Below, one piece after another: positions 60,628 through 64,000 of a stretch of 64,000 bases of DNA. The number at the start of each line of letters is the position of its first letter. Position 1 is the first letter of the stretch. The position numbers were made by a program, and so were the translations under genes. The notes beneath the pieces are model-generated. The model saw only the letters and a list, made by a program, of their open reading frames with translations, ran no database searches and had not been told where the DNA came from. Source of the DNA: an uncultured Acidobacteriaceae bacterium (GTDB taxonomy: Bacteria; Acidobacteriota; Terriglobia; Terriglobales; Acidobacteriaceae); assembly GCA_964242495.1 (NCBI GenBank), contig CAXSZS010000002.1, forward strand, positions 59,693 to 123,692. The letters run 5' to 3'.

Positions 60628-60816
60628 ATGGCGAGTCTGCCTAAACCCGGTCCAGTATGGGTGCCGATGACGGCTGAGGAGCTTTTAGCAGCCCGCGGAA
60701 CTCCGGAGTTTCAGGAGGAGTTGCGGTGGCAAGCTCAGCTCCTGGCCGAACATCAGCGTCGGCATCCGGAAGAACTTGTACCACTCGATGAGAGTGATAT
60801 GGTGCCTTGGGATTGA
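60628..60816 (+). CDS. Putative antitoxin (by position only)
   Basis: About 62 aa acidic-tailed ORF that overlaps the start of the MazF/PemK gene by 10 nt. No antitoxin fold recognised. Confidence 0.5.
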   Translation: MASLPKPGPVWVPMTAEELLAARGTPEFQEELRWQAQLLAEHQRRHPEELVPLDESDMVPWD

Positions 60817-61133
60817 AGCGGGGCAACATTGTTATCGTTGCGCCGCCGGGAGAGTTTGGCAAACCGCGACCGGCAGTGATCCTTCAGGCCAATATGGAGC
60901 TTGTGCCTGAGCGAGTGACGGTTGCGCTGATCACCAGCGACTTGCAGCGTTTACCGGCATTGCGAGTACCTGTGCCTGCAGACGCATCTACAGGGCTGAG
61001 GCGTCCGAGCGAGATTGCCATCGACAATCTTCAGACCTTTTCTATGAGCAAGATAGGTGAAGTAGTCGGTGCCATTCCGTCTTCTCTTATGTCGATAGTG
61101 GAACGGGCTTTGCGCCAACACTTGGGACTCTAG
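60807..61133 (+). CDS. Type II toxin, MazF/PemK family
   Basis: 108 aa with TTG start per the track. KRGNIVIVAPPGEFGKPRPAVILQ...VTVALITS...GLRRPSEIAIDNLQT matches the PemK-like family pattern. Confidence 0.8.
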   Translation: MGLKRGNIVIVAPPGEFGKPRPAVILQANMELVPERVTVALITSDLQRLPALRVPVPADASTGLRRPSEIAIDNLQTFSMSKIGEVVGAIPSSLMSIVERALRQHLGL

Positions 61134-61203
61134 TCATGGGACTCCAGTTTCGGACAGGTTTTCAACTGGGCCTGCCCTAAGGACAGGACGGTAAACTAGG
61201 GGT

Positions 61204-64000
61204 ATGGCCGCTGAGTTTACCCACCTCCATCTGCACACCGATTACTCCCTCCTCGATGGTGCGTGCGACGTAGACAAGCTGGCAAAGCATCTTGAAAAGA
61301 TCGGGCAAAGCTCCGCGGCGATCACCGATCACGGCAACATTTATGGGGCAGTGCATTTCTTCGATGCGATGAAGAAGAAGAACCTGCACCCCATTCTTGG
61401 CTGCGAATTGTATGTTTGCAAGGAAGACGATCATCGCGGCAAGCGCGACCCCGAATCGAAGTACAACCACTTCCTTGTACTGGCCGAGAATGAGGCCGGC
61501 TACCGCAATCTGGTGCAGCTGACCAGTGAAGCCGCACTTCATGGTTTTTATCGCAAACCCCGTATTTCGAAGAAGTACCTGGCAGAGCATAGCGAGGGCC
61601 TGATCGGGTTTTCGGGATGCCTGGCGGGGGAAATGTCGCAGTACTTGATGGCCGGCGATTACGCAGCCGCCAAGCGGGTCGGGGGGCAGTATGAGGAGAT
61701 CTTCGGCAAGGGGAACTTCTTTCTTGAGATCCAGGACCATGGGCTGGAGCCGGACAAAGCTGTGACGGAAGCCATGTTCAAGCTCGAACGGGAGCTTGGC
61801 ATTCCGCTCGTCGCCACGAACGATTCGCACTATGTCGCCGGGGATGACGCGCGTTCGCACGAGGTGCTCCTGTGTGTGCAAACTGCCGATTCGATCAATA
61901 ATCCGAAGCGGTTCAAGTTCGACACCCAGGAGTTCTACATCAAGTCGGCCGACGAGATGCACCGGCTGTTCGCGCAGAACCCGGAGGTCTGCACGCGGAC
62001 GATGCAGTTTCCGGAGCGCTGCAAGCTGGAACTGACCAAGGTCAAGAATCCGTTTCCGAAGTTCCCCTTGCCGGAAGGCGAGACGATCGACACGTACTTC
62101 GAGCAGGTGTGCCGCGCGGGCTGGCGCAAGCGTCGAGAAACGGCTGTGCGGCATTTGGAAGATCGCGGCATTCTCCGCAGCAGCATCGCCGAGTACGAAG
62201 AACGGCTGACCCGCGAGATCGAATGCATCAAGGCGATGAAGTTTCCCGGTTACTTCATGATCGTGTGGGACTTCATCCGCTATGCGAAGGAGCAACACAT
62301 CCCTGTCGGCCCGGGGCGTGGGTCGGCCGCCGGGTCGCTTGTGGCGTATGTGATGGAGATCACGGACATCGATCCTCTCCAAAACAATCTGCTGTTCGAG
62401 CGCTTTCTGAATCCTGAACGGGTGTCCATGCCCGACGTCGACATCGACTTCTGCATGAATCGGCGCGGCGAGGTGATTGAGTACGTGCGCGGCAAGTATG
62501 GCGTGGATCAGGTCGCGCAGATCATCACATTTAATACGATGGCAGCCAAGGCGGCCATCAAGGATGTCGGCCGGGCGATGGACATACCCTATGGCGAGGT
62601 CGACCGGATCGCCAAGCTGGTGCCGGCGACAATCGGGATCACGCTCGAACAGGCGCTGCGGGACTCACCGCCTCTCGCGGCGGCGTGCGAACAAGACCCG
62701 AAGATTCGCGAGCTGATTGAGACAGCGCAGCGGCTGGAGGGGTTGGTGCGGGGTGCGGGCGTCCATGCGGCAGGCGTGGTCATCGCCCCTCAACCCTTAA
62801 CGGAACTTGTGCCGGTAACTCGTACAAAAGACGAGGCTGTGGTCACCAGCTACGACATGAAAGCCGTCGAGAAGATGGGGCTGCTCAAGATGGATTTTCT
62901 TGGGCTCACCACGCTCACCGTCATCGACGACTGCCTGAAGCTGATCCAGCTGAACCGCGGCGAGACGGTCGACATGGCCACCATCGACCTCGACGACCAA
63001 AGGACCTACGAGCAGGTTTTTCATCGAGCGCTGACCAGCGGCGTCTTCCAGTTCGAGTCCGGCGGCATGCGTGACGTGCTGCGTCGCTACAAGCCCACCT
63101 CGGTCGAGGACCTGACCGCGCTCAATGCGCTCTATCGGCCTGGTCCGATCCAGGGCGGCATGATCGACGATTTCATTGAGCGCAAGTGGGGCCGTCGGCC
63201 GGTCGAATACATGTTTGTCGAGCTCGAAACGATCCTGAAAGAGACGCTCGGCGTCATCGTGTATCAGGAACAGGTCATGCAGATCTCTTCGGCGATCGCG
63301 GGCTACTCGCTTGGGGGCGCGGATCTCTTGCGCCGGGCGATGGGTAAGAAAGATCCGGCGGAGATGGCCAAACAGCGCGATGTGTTTATGGCCGGCGCCC
63401 TCGGACGGAAGCACCCCAAGGACACCGCCGGCAAACTCTTCGATCTGATGGAGCAGTTTGCCGGGTACGGCTTCAACAAGTCGCACTCGGCCGCATATGC
63501 CTTGCTGGCGTATCACACGGCCTGGCTGAAGACGCACTACCCGGTTGAGTTTATGGCGGCGCTGCTCACGTCAGAAACCTCGAAGCCCGAGAATGTGGTC
63601 AAGTACATCGGGGAGTGCCGCGAGATGAATATCGCCGTCGTGCCGCCGGATGTGCAGGTGTCGGACGCGAACTTCACCCCGGCCGGCGATGCGATTCGCT
63701 TCGGTCTGGCCGCCATCAAGAACGTCGGACACAACGCCATCGAATCGATTCAGAAAGCAAGGGTTGAATTGCAGACGATGGGGCTGACGACGGGCAGGGC
63801 GTCGGGCTTTAGCTCGCTTTGGGAGTTCTGCGGAAAGGTCGATCTGCGGCTCATGAATAAGCGCGTGCTGGAGTCGCTCTGCAAAGCCGGCGCCCTGGAT
63901 GCTTTCGGCAAGCGCGCCGAGGTGATGGCTGCGGTGGACAAGGCGATGGAACGTGCCCAGAAGTCGCAGCGCGATGCCGCCTCCGGCCAGCATGGGCTCT
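61204..64000 (+). CDS. dnaE: DNA polymerase III alpha subunit, N-terminal about 930 codons (3' end outside window)
   Basis: ATG at 61204 starts MAAEFTHLHLHTDYSLLDGA (PHP domain). In frame at 62281 it reads YAKEQHIPVGPGRGSAAGSLVAYVMEITDIDPL. The frame stays open to the window end and is therefore absent from the ORF track. Confidence 0.95.
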   Translation, partial: MAAEFTHLHLHTDYSLLDGACDVDKLAKHLEKIGQSSAAITDHGNIYGAVHFFDAMKKKNLHPILGCELYVCKEDDHRGKRDPESKYNHFLVLAENEAGYRNLVQLTSEAALHGFYRKPRISKKYLAEHSEGLIGFSGCLAGEMSQYLMAGDYAAAKRVGGQYEEIFGKGNFFLEIQDHGLEPDKAVTEAMFKLERELGIPLVATNDSHYVAGDDARSHEVLLCVQTADSINNPKRFKFDTQEFYIKSADEMHRLFAQNPEVCTRTMQFPERCKLELTKVKNPFPKFPLPEGETIDTYFEQVCRAGWRKRRETAVRHLEDRGILRSSIAEYEERLTREIECIKAMKFPGYFMIVWDFIRYAKEQHIPVGPGRGSAAGSLVAYVMEITDIDPLQNNLLFERFLNPERVSMPDVDIDFCMNRRGEVIEYVRGKYGVDQVAQIITFNTMAAKAAIKDVGRAMDIPYGEVDRIAKLVPATIGITLEQALRDSPPLAAACEQDPKIRELIETAQRLEGLVRGAGVHAAGVVIAPQPLTELVPVTRTKDEAVVTSYDMKAVEKMGLLKMDFLGLTTLTVIDDCLKLIQLNRGETVDMATIDLDDQRTYEQVFHRALTSGVFQFESGGMRDVLRRYKPTSVEDLTALNALYRPGPIQGGMIDDFIERKWGRRPVEYMFVELETILKETLGVIVYQEQVMQISSAIAGYSLGGADLLRRAMGKKDPAEMAKQRDVFMAGALGRKHPKDTAGKLFDLMEQFAGYGFNKSHSAAYALLAYHTAWLKTHYPVEFMAALLTSETSKPENVVKYIGECREMNIAVVPPDVQVSDANFTPAGDAIRFGLAAIKNVGHNAIESIQKARVELQTMGLTTGRASGFSSLWEFCGKVDLRLMNKRVLESLCKAGALDAFGKRAEVMAAVDKAMERAQKSQRDAASGQHGL

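Noticed and set aside
61177-63993. Long minus-strand ORFs in the track (61177-62382, 401 aa; 62797-63537, 246 aa; 63571-63993, 140 aa)
   Set aside because: They are antisense to an uninterrupted + strand dnaE frame with unmistakable PHP and GPGRGSAAGSLVAY motifs. Their products are Arg/His/Leu-rich shadow sequences.

Overview
High-GC (by eye above 60%) chromosomal segment. I guess it comes from an Acidobacteriota genome (Terriglobia/Acidobacteriaceae-like). The basis is TIGR03435-like and TIGR03436-like paralog families, a CarboxypepD_reg-type TonB receptor, and several intergenic repeat families. About 60 protein genes, five tRNAs and one riboswitch are supportable.

The content is mostly housekeeping:
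- osmoprotectant ABC genes, ribA, eno-gpmI and dnaX-ybaB-recR
- ccmF-ccmH, a Ser/Thr kinase, and a bshA-ydjC-galE cluster
- xylA, lon, tsaB-rimI and psd-pssA
- a 5' fragment of dnaE, which the ORF track misses because the frame runs off the window end

Accessory or unusual content:
- a copper-resistance block (29.9-36.7 kb)
- a cobalamin riboswitch in front of a TonB-dependent receptor (about 52.0-52.3 kb)
- a MazF/PemK toxin pair (60.6-61.1 kb)
- a low-GC orphan gene (11.3-11.8 kb) and a bacterial SET-domain gene (12.05-12.53 kb)
- a small low-GC gene encoding a near-perfect heptad-repeat peptide (23.2-23.4 kb)

The signal least explained by genes is in the intergenic DNA. At least five families of short structured repeats recur through the window, some as inverted doublets or composite arrays. 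Nearly all point the same way on the + strand, and their stems carry compensatory changes.

I found no CRISPR array, rRNA, transposase, integrase or recognisable defence operon. Many long ORFs in the track are antisense or alternate-frame shadows of real genes. All coordinates and motifs were read by eye; no searches or folding were run.
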